From Candidatus Izemoplasmatales bacterium (GTDB lineage Bacteria; Bacillota_I; Bacilli_A; Izemoplasmatales; Hujiaoplasmataceae), in the NCBI GenBank assembly GCA_050177605.1, contig JBFXGX010000006.1, forward strand, positions 1-51,587: a stretch of 51,587 nt of DNA, read 5' to 3'. Both the position numbers and the translations under genes were made by a program. Below, piece by piece: positions 19,193 to 28,393 of the stretch. The notes under the pieces were generated by a model. That model was not told where the DNA came from. It worked only from the letters and a program-made list of their open reading frames with translations, and did no database searches. The number at the start of each line of letters is the position of its first letter. Position 1 is the stretch's first letter.

Positions 19193-19971
19193 TAGTTGAG
19201 TTTAATTGAATCGATTTGATTAATAATGTTTTGAATATGCGTATCCCAATATTCCCAAGTATGAGAACCAGGATAAGTTTCATATAAGTAAGGAACTTTG
19301 ATTGAATCCAAATGCTTTACAAACTTCTTGTTTGACTCAATAAGAAAATCTTCATTTCCACAATTCACATAGATAAAAGGAATATTTTTATCCAATTTAT
19401 TAGCTAGATATAATAAACTGTTGGTACTATTTGTGAAATCTACATTTTCACCAAATATTGATTTGAAATGAGCATTTCTCGCACCGTCTTGCATACTCAT
19501 ATCATAAATAAATTGAATATCTAGTGCTCCTGAAAGACTGGCAACTAAAGAAAATCTTTCGGGATAAGTTAATCCAATTTTCATTGCACCGTATCCTCCC
19601 ATAGATAATCCTGCAATATAGTTGTATTTTGGATCTTTGGATAATGGAAGAAGACGACTCGCGATTTCAGGTACTTCGTTCGCAATATAATCAAAATAAT
19701 TTAAACCATTTAAACCGTTCGTGTAATAACTATTATATGCGGATGGCATAACAACTGCAATATGATGATCCGATGCATATCTTTCTATAGAAGATAATCT
19801 AATCCAATCACTATTATTTCCTAAATATCCATGTAATAAATAAAGTACTGGAAATTTCTTTTGATTGTTTTCTACTGGATCAGATTCATTGAAATTATCT
19901 GGTAGTATGATATTGAGTCTTTCACCCATGTTTAAAACTTGTGAACCAAATTCAAGTGTAATAAGTGCCAT
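19192..19971 (-). CDS. Alpha/beta hydrolase, putative esterase (tributyrin esterase/FrmB-like)
   Basis: PVLYLLHG, GLSMGGYGA nucleophile elbow, CGNEDFL and GSHTWEYW. Confidence 0.9.
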   Translation of the reverse strand: MALITLEFGSQVLNMGERLNIILPDNFNESDPVENNQKKFPVLYLLHGYLGNNSDWIRLSSIERYASDHHIAVVMPSAYNSYYTNGLNGLNYFDYIANEVPEIASRLLPLSKDPKYNYIAGLSMGGYGAMKIGLTYPERFSLVASLSGALDIQFIYDMSMQDGARNAHFKSIFGENVDFTNSTNSLLYLANKLDKNIPFIYVNCGNEDFLIESNKKFVKHLDSIKVPYLYETYPGSHTWEYWDTHIQNIINQIDSIKLN

Positions 19972-20136
19972 TGTAGTTTCCTTTCATGTAAAGTATCTAC
20001 TACTATTTTATTCTAAAATAGGCAGAAATGAAAGATGAATTTTTTTGAATTTGAGTTTTTAAATTATTTATTGTATGGTATATTTAAGATAGACGAAGAG
20101 TCTATAATAAAAGGAAGATTCAATAGGAGATTATCA

Positions 20137-20862
20137 TTGAAGAGAAAAGTTGAAACGATAGAAAACAGATGGGACATTTTATATAACGAGTATCCTGAAG
20201 TGTATGATGAGTTTGCAATGGTGAAGAAACATCCATCGATTGATGAGGTACTAAAACAACATTTTGATTTTAAAAATAAGATATTACTAGACATCGGGTC
20301 AGGAACTGGGGATTCATCTTTTCCTTTTGCAAATTTATGCAAAGAAATCATTGGTATTGAAATTGAAGATGAAATGAGATTTATCGGAAATCAATATGCT
20401 ATCCAAAGAAAAATAAAGAATATTTCCTTTATACAAGGAGATGCTATGGATATTCCACTTAAAGCTAATAGCATTGATATTTCGATGGCGATTACCTTAC
20501 CTTTGTTTATTCCTGATGATATTCGCAACTATGTTAATGAAGCGACCAGAGTTACAAAAAAAGATGGATATGTCATCAACGTAGGAATTGCTCCATTATG
20601 GTATGGAGGGGAATACGCTCCGATAATATTAGGAGAAGCTCGTATCACAGAAGAAGATACAGAAGGAGTTACAAATAAAATTCTTTGTGATGAATTTGGA
20701 TTTGAGTATTTTGATGTGGATATGATTCAAGAATATGGTTCGTTAGATAAAATAGTATCTACCTATGGTTTCATCTTTGGATCAAATGTAATTAACTATT
20801 TGAAAGAACATCACTTAACTTCGGTTCATTGGAGATTTAGAGTTCATTACAAGAAAAAATGA
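20137..20862 (+). CDS. Class I SAM-dependent methyltransferase
   Basis: LLDIGSGTG, IGIE and GDAMDIPL motifs. TTG 20137 follows aggag, with TATAAT at 20103 (ORF-track start 20035). Confidence 0.8.
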   Translation: MKRKVETIENRWDILYNEYPEVYDEFAMVKKHPSIDEVLKQHFDFKNKILLDIGSGTGDSSFPFANLCKEIIGIEIEDEMRFIGNQYAIQRKIKNISFIQGDAMDIPLKANSIDISMAITLPLFIPDDIRNYVNEATRVTKKDGYVINVGIAPLWYGGEYAPIILGEARITEEDTEGVTNKILCDEFGFEYFDVDMIQEYGSLDKIVSTYGFIFGSNVINYLKEHHLTSVHWRFRVHYKKK

Positions 20863-20872
20863 GGAGAAAATT

Positions 20873-21475
20873 ATGAAAAGAATTCTGTTATTACTGCTTT
20901 TTTCCTTTTCGGTTTTATTAAGTGGTTGTATGATTGAATACTATGATGAAACTTATTATGGAGTTGCAGAGTATATAACCATTTCAGACAAGGAAGTACT
21001 TGTAGCGAATCTAGGTCCGCTTGGGATTGTCAATATTCCACAAGATATCTCTGTCGTTTGCTACGAACCAAATCAAGAAGCAATTACAAATTATTCTATT
21101 GTTGAAGGTGATTTAATTCGATTTTGGTTTAATAATTTAGGAGAAATATCTATTCAAGAATCTTTTCCAGGGAATTTTTCTAGTGTACCTACATCAATTG
21201 ACGTAAGCTTACATGGTTTAAAGATGGCGTATTATGATAGAGACCACTACAAACTATCATTTCCTATATCTTATTTACCTGAATCGCCAGCCGATGAATC
21301 AAATCATTATTCTGTCACATTTTCAAATAACACGAACGAGTTAATGCAAGCGGATATTCTGGTTTTTGATGATGAATCCTTTTCAATCTTACTCGTTAAC
21401 GATGATGTTATAAGCAGTTTGTATTTTATATCAGCTGCAAACATATTCACCTTAAAAATGAATGAAAACGAATGA
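20873..21475 (+). CDS. Lipoprotein of unknown function
   Basis: MKR, hydrophobic stretch, lipobox LSGC; RBS aggag. Confidence 0.8.
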   Translation: MKRILLLLLFSFSVLLSGCMIEYYDETYYGVAEYITISDKEVLVANLGPLGIVNIPQDISVVCYEPNQEAITNYSIVEGDLIRFWFNNLGEISIQESFPGNFSSVPTSIDVSLHGLKMAYYDRDHYKLSFPISYLPESPADESNHYSVTFSNNTNELMQADILVFDDESFSILLVNDDVISSLYFISAANIFTLKMNENE

Positions 21476-21501
21476 AAACACCTTCTTAACAAGGTGTTTT
21501 T
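21476..21501 (+). terminator. Intrinsic terminator
   Basis: aaaacacctt-cttaac-aaggtgtttt. Confidence 0.75.
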
Positions 21502-21565
21502 AATTTGTTTATTCAGTGGTATAATGTATTTGGAACAATTCATTTGCATAAAGAAAGGAACGAAG

Positions 21566-22948
21566 ATGAAAACACCAATTGTACCACCGTATAAAATCAA
21601 GGTAGTTGAACCAATTCACTTAATTAACAAAGAAGAGAGAATCAACCGATTGAAAGAGGCGGGCTATAACCCATTTAAGCTTCGTAGTGAGGATATCTTT
21701 ATAGACTTGCTGACGGATTCTGGGACTGGCGCGATGAGTCACTTTCAATGGAGTGCTTTAATGATGGGGGATGAAGCTTATGCCGGATCTTCTAGTTTTT
21801 ACAGGCTTGAAAAAGTAGTCAAAGAAATTACAGGTTATAAATATATGATGCCAGCTCATCAAGGTAGAGGTGCAGAACAAGTTGTTATACCCATTTTGAC
21901 GAAGCATCCTGGAATGATTTTTATAAGCAATATTCATTTTGATACAACAAGAGCCCATGTTGAGATTGCTGGCGCAAGAGCCATTGATTGTGCTACGAAA
22001 GAATGTTTTGACTTAGGCAATTATCATCCATTCAAAGGCAACTTTGATGTAGTTAAATTAGAACAAATTATTCAAGAACATGGTAAAGATAACGTTGCTG
22101 GAATTATTATGACAATAACGAATAACTCTGCTGGTGGTCAACCAGTTAGTTATGAAAATATGAAAGAAGTTGCTTCGATTGCGCGTAAACATAACATTAC
22201 TTTATTAATTGACGGCGCAAGATATGCTGAAAATGCGTTTTTCATTAAACAGAGAGAAAAAGGTTTTGAAAACAAAAGTATTCGCGAAATTGCTCGAATG
22301 ACATTTGATCTCGCAGACATTTTTTTAATGAGTTCTAAAAAGGATGGGCTTGTTAATATCGGCGGATTAATCGCAATCAAAGATAATTTGGCGTTATTCC
22401 AAGCTTGTCAAACTCGGATTGTACCGATGGAAGGATTTCCTACTTACGGAGGACTAGCCGGAAGGGATATGGATGCATTAGCAGTTGGTCTAGAGGAAGC
22501 ACTCGAAGAAGACTATTTGTCTTATAGAATTAATGAAGTAGCCTATTTAGGATCACTTCTACGAGAAGCAGGGGTACCAATTCAGTATCCTACAGGAGGA
22601 CATGCGGTGTTTGTTGATTGCAAATCAATGTGTCCTCAAATTCCCTATAATGAGTTTCCAGCTCAAGCAGTCTGTAATGAACTTTATATTGAGGGGGGAA
22701 TACGCGCGGTAGAAATTGGATCACTTCTTTTAGGAAGAGATCCTGATACTCACGAAAATCTAGAGTCAGATGCAGAATTTATGAGATTAACAATTCCTAG
22801 AAGAACCTATACCTTAGAACATTTGGCATATGTTGCCTCTTGTGTTATTAATGTTTATCAAAGAAGAGATCAAATTAAAGGGGTTCGTTTCACATACGAA
22901 TCACCAATTTTAAGACATTTTACTGCAGAATTTGAAATAATTGAGTGA
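21566..22948 (+). CDS. tnaA: Tryptophanase (tryptophan indole-lyase)
   Basis: DLLTDSGT and PLP-Lys motif MSSKKDG. EGFPTYGG, RAVEIGS and LRHFTA are TnaA-type; tyrosine phenol-lyase has EGMPSYGG, RSMERG and LRFFTA. ATG 21566 follows aaagga. Confidence 0.9.
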   Translation: MKTPIVPPYKIKVVEPIHLINKEERINRLKEAGYNPFKLRSEDIFIDLLTDSGTGAMSHFQWSALMMGDEAYAGSSSFYRLEKVVKEITGYKYMMPAHQGRGAEQVVIPILTKHPGMIFISNIHFDTTRAHVEIAGARAIDCATKECFDLGNYHPFKGNFDVVKLEQIIQEHGKDNVAGIIMTITNNSAGGQPVSYENMKEVASIARKHNITLLIDGARYAENAFFIKQREKGFENKSIREIARMTFDLADIFLMSSKKDGLVNIGGLIAIKDNLALFQACQTRIVPMEGFPTYGGLAGRDMDALAVGLEEALEEDYLSYRINEVAYLGSLLREAGVPIQYPTGGHAVFVDCKSMCPQIPYNEFPAQAVCNELYIEGGIRAVEIGSLLLGRDPDTHENLESDAEFMRLTIPRRTYTLEHLAYVASCVINVYQRRDQIKGVRFTYESPILRHFTAEFEIIE

Positions 22949-23020
22949 TTTTTTAATTAAATTGACTAGTTTTGAAAACAAGGTATAATAGATATGGATA
23001 GTTTGAATAGGAGGGGTATA

Positions 23021-24184
23021 ATGAATGTTTCATCAAAAAAACGCATATCGTTATTTGCACTAATATTGATTATTGCCACTTTTGCTCTTTCTATTCCGGG
23101 ATTGTTTTTCTATTATAATATACAAAATCTGATTGTCGAAGAACTAGGCAGAAACGCAACTAGTGTTGCTGCGTCTGTGGCTGAACTTGTCGAACAACGG
23201 ATTGATGATTACAAAACGCTAGTAACGATTGATGATTATGAGAATACAGCTTATGATGAGGAATATTATTTTGAAATGCTTGCTTCCTTCAGTCATATCA
23301 ATGAACAAATCGGTGCAGATTACCTTTATACAGAAAAATATATTGATGATTCAACCGTAGCCTATATTTTTGATTCAGAAGATCCTGAAAGTGACTATTT
23401 CAGTCCGATTGGATCTACTGATTTGATGAGTGAATATGAATTAGTTGCCTATCGTAGTGGTGAAAATGTAGCCACTCCAATCGAAAAATATGAAGTATGG
23501 GGAACCTATCTTTCTGGATATGCTCCTATTATCGATAAAGAAACGAACGAAGTCATTGGACTTGTCGGTGTCGATTATTCATTAGCTTATGTTTCAAAAT
23601 TAATACTTTCAGTGAAAATTATTCTTACGATTACGATTACATTCTTAATCCTCACAACGTCATTCTTAGTCTATAAGTTGTTAGATTTACGATCTGAAGC
23701 TTTAAATAAAGATTACTTAACGGGTCTTTTCTCAAAAAGATATCAAGAAGCTAAACTAAGAAAAATGATTAAAGAAGCTAGACAAAAATCTACTCCTTTA
23801 TCACTGATTATGCTCGATGTAGACTATTTTAAAGAAATCAATGATCACTTTGGCCATTACATTGGAGACCAGGTACTTAAAGATGTCGCAAATGTAATTA
23901 TGTACAATACCAGAAACGTCGATATATGTTCTAGGTATGGTGGAGATGAGTTCTTGATTATTTTACCAAATACTCTTCCTGAAGTTGCGGCGAGTATTGG
24001 CGACAGTATTAAAAGAAGTGTATTGAAACTAAGTATCGCTGATGAGAAATCACAAGTATCCGTTAGTATCGGAATTGCATTATGGAATCATTCTTCAGAA
24101 ATCGAGGAATTTATCATGCAGGCGGATAAAGCGATGTATGTTTCTAAGAATACAGGGAAGAACAGAATAACTATTTATAAATAA
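23021..24184 (+). CDS. Membrane-anchored diguanylate cyclase with an extracellular sensor domain
   Basis: Two TM helices flank an acidic domain. DYLTGL, DVDYFKEINDHFGH, RYGGDEF and I-site RNVD are present. ATG 23021 follows aggagggg. Confidence 0.92.
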   Translation: MNVSSKKRISLFALILIIATFALSIPGLFFYYNIQNLIVEELGRNATSVAASVAELVEQRIDDYKTLVTIDDYENTAYDEEYYFEMLASFSHINEQIGADYLYTEKYIDDSTVAYIFDSEDPESDYFSPIGSTDLMSEYELVAYRSGENVATPIEKYEVWGTYLSGYAPIIDKETNEVIGLVGVDYSLAYVSKLILSVKIILTITITFLILTTSFLVYKLLDLRSEALNKDYLTGLFSKRYQEAKLRKMIKEARQKSTPLSLIMLDVDYFKEINDHFGHYIGDQVLKDVANVIMYNTRNVDICSRYGGDEFLIILPNTLPEVAASIGDSIKRSVLKLSIADEKSQVSVSIGIALWNHSSEIEEFIMQADKAMYVSKNTGKNRITIYK

Positions 24185-24206
24185 GGGAGTCTCGACTCCC
24201 TTTTTT
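24184..24206 (+). terminator. Intrinsic terminator
   Basis: agggagt-ctcg-actccct followed by ttttt. Confidence 0.85.
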
Positions 24207-24266
24207 CATAAGCACTACTTTTCGATTTCGATATTAGTTATGATATAATTCAAAGTAGGTGATAGG

Positions 24267-24713
24267 ATGGATCCGTTATTAAAACAAAAAAGACTGAAAG
24301 AACTTTCAAAGATTTCATATTTAGTAACACAAGAATCTGCGACTGAAAGACCTTATGAAAACGAATTTTGGGCAAATGATAAAAAAGGAATCTATGTAGA
24401 TATTGTATCGAAAGAGCCCTTATTTTCTTCTTTGGACAAATTTGATTCTCATTGTGGTTGGCCAAGTTTTAGTGCTTCACTTGTTCCGGTAGTAAAAAAA
24501 CTTGATTTAAGTCACGGAATGAGAAGGATTGAAGTTCGAAGTGAAGAAGCAAACTCGCATTTAGGTCACTTATTTGATGATGGTCCAGAGGAACGTGGTG
24601 GGATGCGGTATTGTATTAATTCTGCTAGTTTAGAGTTTATTCCATATAGCGAGTTGGAAGAAAAAGGATATGGAAAGTATAAAATTTTATTTGAAGGTGA
24701 AAAAAATGTTTAG
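24267..24713 (+). CDS. msrB: Peptide-methionine (R)-S-oxide reductase
   Basis: CGWPSF, HLGHLFDDGP and RYCINSASL motifs. Confidence 0.95.
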   Translation: MDPLLKQKRLKELSKISYLVTQESATERPYENEFWANDKKGIYVDIVSKEPLFSSLDKFDSHCGWPSFSASLVPVVKKLDLSHGMRRIEVRSEEANSHLGHLFDDGPEERGGMRYCINSASLEFIPYSELEEKGYGKYKILFEGEKNV

Positions 24714-25200
24714 TACAATATTATCAATGCAAAAAGAGAAAAAGTATATCATTCAAGGCGGAATTTTTCTTGTTTTTTTCTTAGGAATTTATTTTCTCTT
24801 AGATTATCTTAATGGTGGATACAAGCAGATGGCGGAAGAATTTGGTGTTTATTTGGTTATCCTCAACATTTTCTTAAATATCCTTATGTCATTTGTGAGT
24901 GCATTCATGATGAATTTATCTACAGGGCTTGTAAAATTGACTGGGAAAGAAGGTAAAGGTACTTTTCTTTCAAGTGTTGCCGTATTTTTTGGAATGATGA
25001 CCTATGGATGTACACCATGTGTCATTGCGTTTTTTGCGACCATTGGACTTACAGTGTCCATAGCGGTTTTACCACTTGCGGGATTACCGTATAAACTAAT
25101 TTCATTGTTAATCTTAGGCATTGGTTTTGTATGGTTAAAATATGAAATAAATCACGTTAAGTGTAAAGTAAATATTCCAAATGACAAAGAAGCTGAGTAA
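24706..25200 (+). CDS. Four-TM membrane protein with an intramembrane CxxC motif
   Basis: GCTPCV within a hydrophobic segment. ATG 24706 follows aaggtga and overlaps the msrB stop. Confidence 0.75.
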   Translation: MFSTILSMQKEKKYIIQGGIFLVFFLGIYFLLDYLNGGYKQMAEEFGVYLVILNIFLNILMSFVSAFMMNLSTGLVKLTGKEGKGTFLSSVAVFFGMMTYGCTPCVIAFFATIGLTVSIAVLPLAGLPYKLISLLILGIGFVWLKYEINHVKCKVNIPNDKEAE

Positions 25201-25213
25201 ATCAGCTTTTTTT
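25191..25213 (+). terminator. Intrinsic terminator
   Basis: aagctga-gtaaa-tcagctt followed by a T-tract. Confidence 0.75.
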
Positions 25214-25229
25214 ATTAGCGAGAGTCTAG

Positions 25230-25258
25230 TTGATACTTAAATCAATCAGTGCTATAAT
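25230..25258 (+). promoter_or_regulatory. Sigma-A type promoter of the ABC operon
   Basis: TTGATA-17 nt-TATAAT with an extended TG. Confidence 0.75.
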
Positions 25259-25284
25259 TTTCTTAAGAAGAATCGGGGGATAAA

Positions 25285-25959
25285 ATGAGCATACTTGATA
25301 TTAAGAAGATGTATAAGAGTTATCAATTAGATAACAAAGATATTTGTATCTTGCATCATATTAATTTATCTTTTAAATCAAATGAGTTTGTTGGCATCAT
25401 TGGACCTTCCGGTTCAGGAAAAACAACGCTGTTATATACGATTTCAGGATTAGAAAAACCATCGAAAGGAAATGTTATTCTTTTTGGTAAAGATACTTCT
25501 TTGATGTCTTCAAAAGAGACAGAACAACAAAGAAGTAGCGAGATAGCATTTATCTTTCAATTTTATAATTTATTACCCAATTTAACAGTTTATGAGAATA
25601 TTCAAATTGCGCGCTTATTCTCAACAAAGGAAGAAGTAGAAACAATTGATTCGTTATTAGAATCCGTAGGAATGCTAGAATATAAAGATTATTTTCCAAA
25701 TCAACTCTCTGGTGGTATGCAACAACGAGTAGCAATCGCAAGAAGCCTTGTGAATCAACCAAAAATTATTTTTGCTGATGAACCGACAGGAAATCTAGAT
25801 GTTGAATCTGGAAAACAAGTGATGGAACTATTAAAAAAAATACAAATCAATCGAAAAGTTACCGTGATTATGGTTACACACAATCCTGATTATTTGTCCT
25901 ATTGTACAAGAAAGATTGAACTTAGAGATGGCAAGGTCATTCAAGATGAGCCTATTTAA
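25285..25959 (+). CDS. ABC transporter ATP-binding protein (LolD/MacB-like)
   Basis: GPSGSGKT, FQFYNL, LSGGMQQR, ADEPTGNLD and VTH motifs. Confidence 0.95.
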   Translation: MSILDIKKMYKSYQLDNKDICILHHINLSFKSNEFVGIIGPSGSGKTTLLYTISGLEKPSKGNVILFGKDTSLMSSKETEQQRSSEIAFIFQFYNLLPNLTVYENIQIARLFSTKEEVETIDSLLESVGMLEYKDYFPNQLSGGMQQRVAIARSLVNQPKIIFADEPTGNLDVESGKQVMELLKKIQINRKVTVIMVTHNPDYLSYCTRKIELRDGKVIQDEPI

Positions 25960-28381
25960 ATTTTCATTCAAGCATAGTCTTCGAAATATCTATCATAAGT
26001 TAGGTTCCTCACTCATTATTGTCTTAACGATGTCTATTTTGATGATGGTTATGATTCTTTCTATTGCGATGCACTCAATTCTTTCTGATGTTTTTACGTA
26101 TGAAGCTAAGAGTGAGTATCAAAGTATCGATATTGTGATGACCTATGATGAAAACTCAAGCGCGAGATTAATCAATATTCGAGAGTTAAAAGAAAAATAT
26201 CAAGACGATATCGTCTATGCCAATGCCTTTTTTGCTATGAATACATTATTTAGTCTTGAAAGTAATTCAGAGTATTTCTATGCTAAACTAGTCTCAGGGA
26301 CACCTTTAGCCTTAGAACAAGTTCTCGGCGAAACGATTTCTTCTTTAGGAAGTCATGACGCTATCATTACGAAAAGTTTAGCTGATAAATCAAATATTGA
26401 ACTTGGTGATTCGGTTTCATTTCAAACCGGAAACGGATCAGTTATCCTCCACGTAGTCAGTATCATTGAAGATAAAGGGATTTTTTCAGGAGATCAAGTT
26501 TTTTTCTTAAAATCTACTTTTGCGGAAGAAGTCTATGACTTATCATCAATGGATAATATTGGAAATATTGTGTATATTTCTATAGTTCCTACGATTTCTA
26601 AAGAAGGCTTTATTGAGACTCTCTATGCAGATCCTAGCTATTCAGATTATGTTTTTACTCTGACTATTGATCCATTTGAAATCGACCGAGCTAGTACCTA
26701 TGCTAGCGTCTTGTTTTTTGGAATTAGCGTTTTAATGTTCGTCGCTTTATTGTTTGTACTTTATTCATTGTTTTTATTATTTTTTAAAGACTTTCAGAAA
26801 GAACAAGGGATTGTTCTTTCTTTGGGAGGAAATCGTCGCTACTTACAAATTGTTTTTATGAATACTTTTCTTTGGTTTATGTTCTTTAGTCTTTGCTTTA
26901 GTGCTATATTGACTTTTGTAGTTTTAAATATAGGGATTCGTATTTATGGAATCAGAGAAATCTTTTTCTACCCTCTATGGAGTGTCCTTTTCTCTACTTT
27001 GATATTAATCCTTGTTTATCTTGTTCTAGCATGGATGATAGATAGAAGATTTAGAGAATTGTCGAGTATCTCAATGATTTCTATGTTGAAAGGTAATCCA
27101 AATACAAAAAGAAGATCTATCTATCTCGGTATTCTGATTACAATGCTAGGATTGATACTCCTGGTTCATCCGTTCTCAATTGGATTAAACGCAATCGGAG
27201 TAACCATTTTATCTATTCTAATTTTATTTCAACTTCTTGATATCGCACTTCTTGTTTTCCGCCATAAAAAGAATTCTAGTAGTTTATTCCAGTTGATTTC
27301 ATTTCGAAACTTGAAAGAAAATAAGATTGTTCATCAATCACTCCGCGTGATGATGATTATATTTATCGTCTTAATTAGCGTTATCTCTGTTCGATCATTT
27401 ATCGATAGAGAAGCTAGGGTTGTCAAAGATCAAATCATTGTTGATTATATGATTCTTGGAATCTATGATTATAATGAATCAATGCTTGAAGAACTCAATA
27501 CTTACCCAGAGACATCCTCTAGCAGCGCCACTGTTTTTATGGATTCCTATCTCTATTTTGGAGAGAACATCAAGCGTATAAGGTATAGCGTAAGTATGCC
27601 GTTCTCGACGTTTGGACAATTTTTTGAGTTCCCTCTTGAAGAACAAAACGACACGATTATCTCTGGAAGCGATGCGTATATCCTTCTGCCGTATTCGCTA
27701 AAATATATTTATAATATTGAACTCGGCGATACGATTCAAGTAGATTTCTCGAGTGAATATCAAGGGATTAATCTGAAAGTTGGCGGGTTCTTTTATACCA
27801 ATTTTGATAACCTAATCTATACGAATTATTTTGATTTGAATCATTTAAGTGAGAACGCTATTTTTATTAACTCAAGTGCAGAACTCTATGATGATCTCAT
27901 CGGAAAGTATTCATTAGCGTATTATTATGTTGTTGACATGGATGACTTTATGAATGATTTTCTAGATAGTATTTTACGAGCGAACGATTTGTTTATGTTT
28001 CTCAGTGGTGTTTTGATTATTTCTTTTATCATTGTTCTTTTTAATAACACCATTTTAGTGTTTGAGACAGAGAAAGCTACCTACGCGAAACTAAAGATAC
28101 TCGGTCTATCAAAAAGAACACTACGGAAGATGCTTTTCAAAGAGTTTTTAACGATTGTGTGTATATTAGTACTATTTACTGGAGCGCTCAGTGTGATTTT
28201 GACCTTCTATTATCCTAAGATGATGCTCGTGTTTAATTATTTTAAAGAAATTATCCCAACGTGGATTGATTATCTGTTAGCATTTCTGTTAATGGTATTC
28301 ATCCTTGGGATGACTTATATTTATTTCGCAAAAAAATTAAATTGTATTTTACTTATCAATGAATCAAAAACTGATTTATAA
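25946..28381 (+). CDS. FtsX/MacB-type ABC permease (duplicated architecture)
   Basis: Two repeats of TM-extracellular-3TM with xxLG motifs (LSLGG, KILGL); overlaps the ATPase gene. Confidence 0.85.
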   Translation: MSLFKFSFKHSLRNIYHKLGSSLIIVLTMSILMMVMILSIAMHSILSDVFTYEAKSEYQSIDIVMTYDENSSARLINIRELKEKYQDDIVYANAFFAMNTLFSLESNSEYFYAKLVSGTPLALEQVLGETISSLGSHDAIITKSLADKSNIELGDSVSFQTGNGSVILHVVSIIEDKGIFSGDQVFFLKSTFAEEVYDLSSMDNIGNIVYISIVPTISKEGFIETLYADPSYSDYVFTLTIDPFEIDRASTYASVLFFGISVLMFVALLFVLYSLFLLFFKDFQKEQGIVLSLGGNRRYLQIVFMNTFLWFMFFSLCFSAILTFVVLNIGIRIYGIREIFFYPLWSVLFSTLILILVYLVLAWMIDRRFRELSSISMISMLKGNPNTKRRSIYLGILITMLGLILLVHPFSIGLNAIGVTILSILILFQLLDIALLVFRHKKNSSSLFQLISFRNLKENKIVHQSLRVMMIIFIVLISVISVRSFIDREARVVKDQIIVDYMILGIYDYNESMLEELNTYPETSSSSATVFMDSYLYFGENIKRIRYSVSMPFSTFGQFFEFPLEEQNDTIISGSDAYILLPYSLKYIYNIELGDTIQVDFSSEYQGINLKVGGFFYTNFDNLIYTNYFDLNHLSENAIFINSSAELYDDLIGKYSLAYYYVVDMDDFMNDFLDSILRANDLFMFLSGVLIISFIIVLFNNTILVFETEKATYAKLKILGLSKRTLRKMLFKEFLTIVCILVLFTGALSVILTFYYPKMMLVFNYFKEIIPTWIDYLLAFLLMVFILGMTYIYFAKKLNCILLINESKTDL

Positions 28382-28393
28382 GGGGGTATCAAA

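Noticed and set aside
21494..21565. TnaC-like leader peptide or N-terminal extension of TnaA
   Set aside because: The segment contains the terminator tail and the -10 box. No separate Trp-containing leader ORF with an RBS fits.
21566..22948. Tyrosine phenol-lyase assignment
   Set aside because: The diagnostic motifs (LRHFTA, RAVEIG, EGFPTYGG) are those of tryptophanase.
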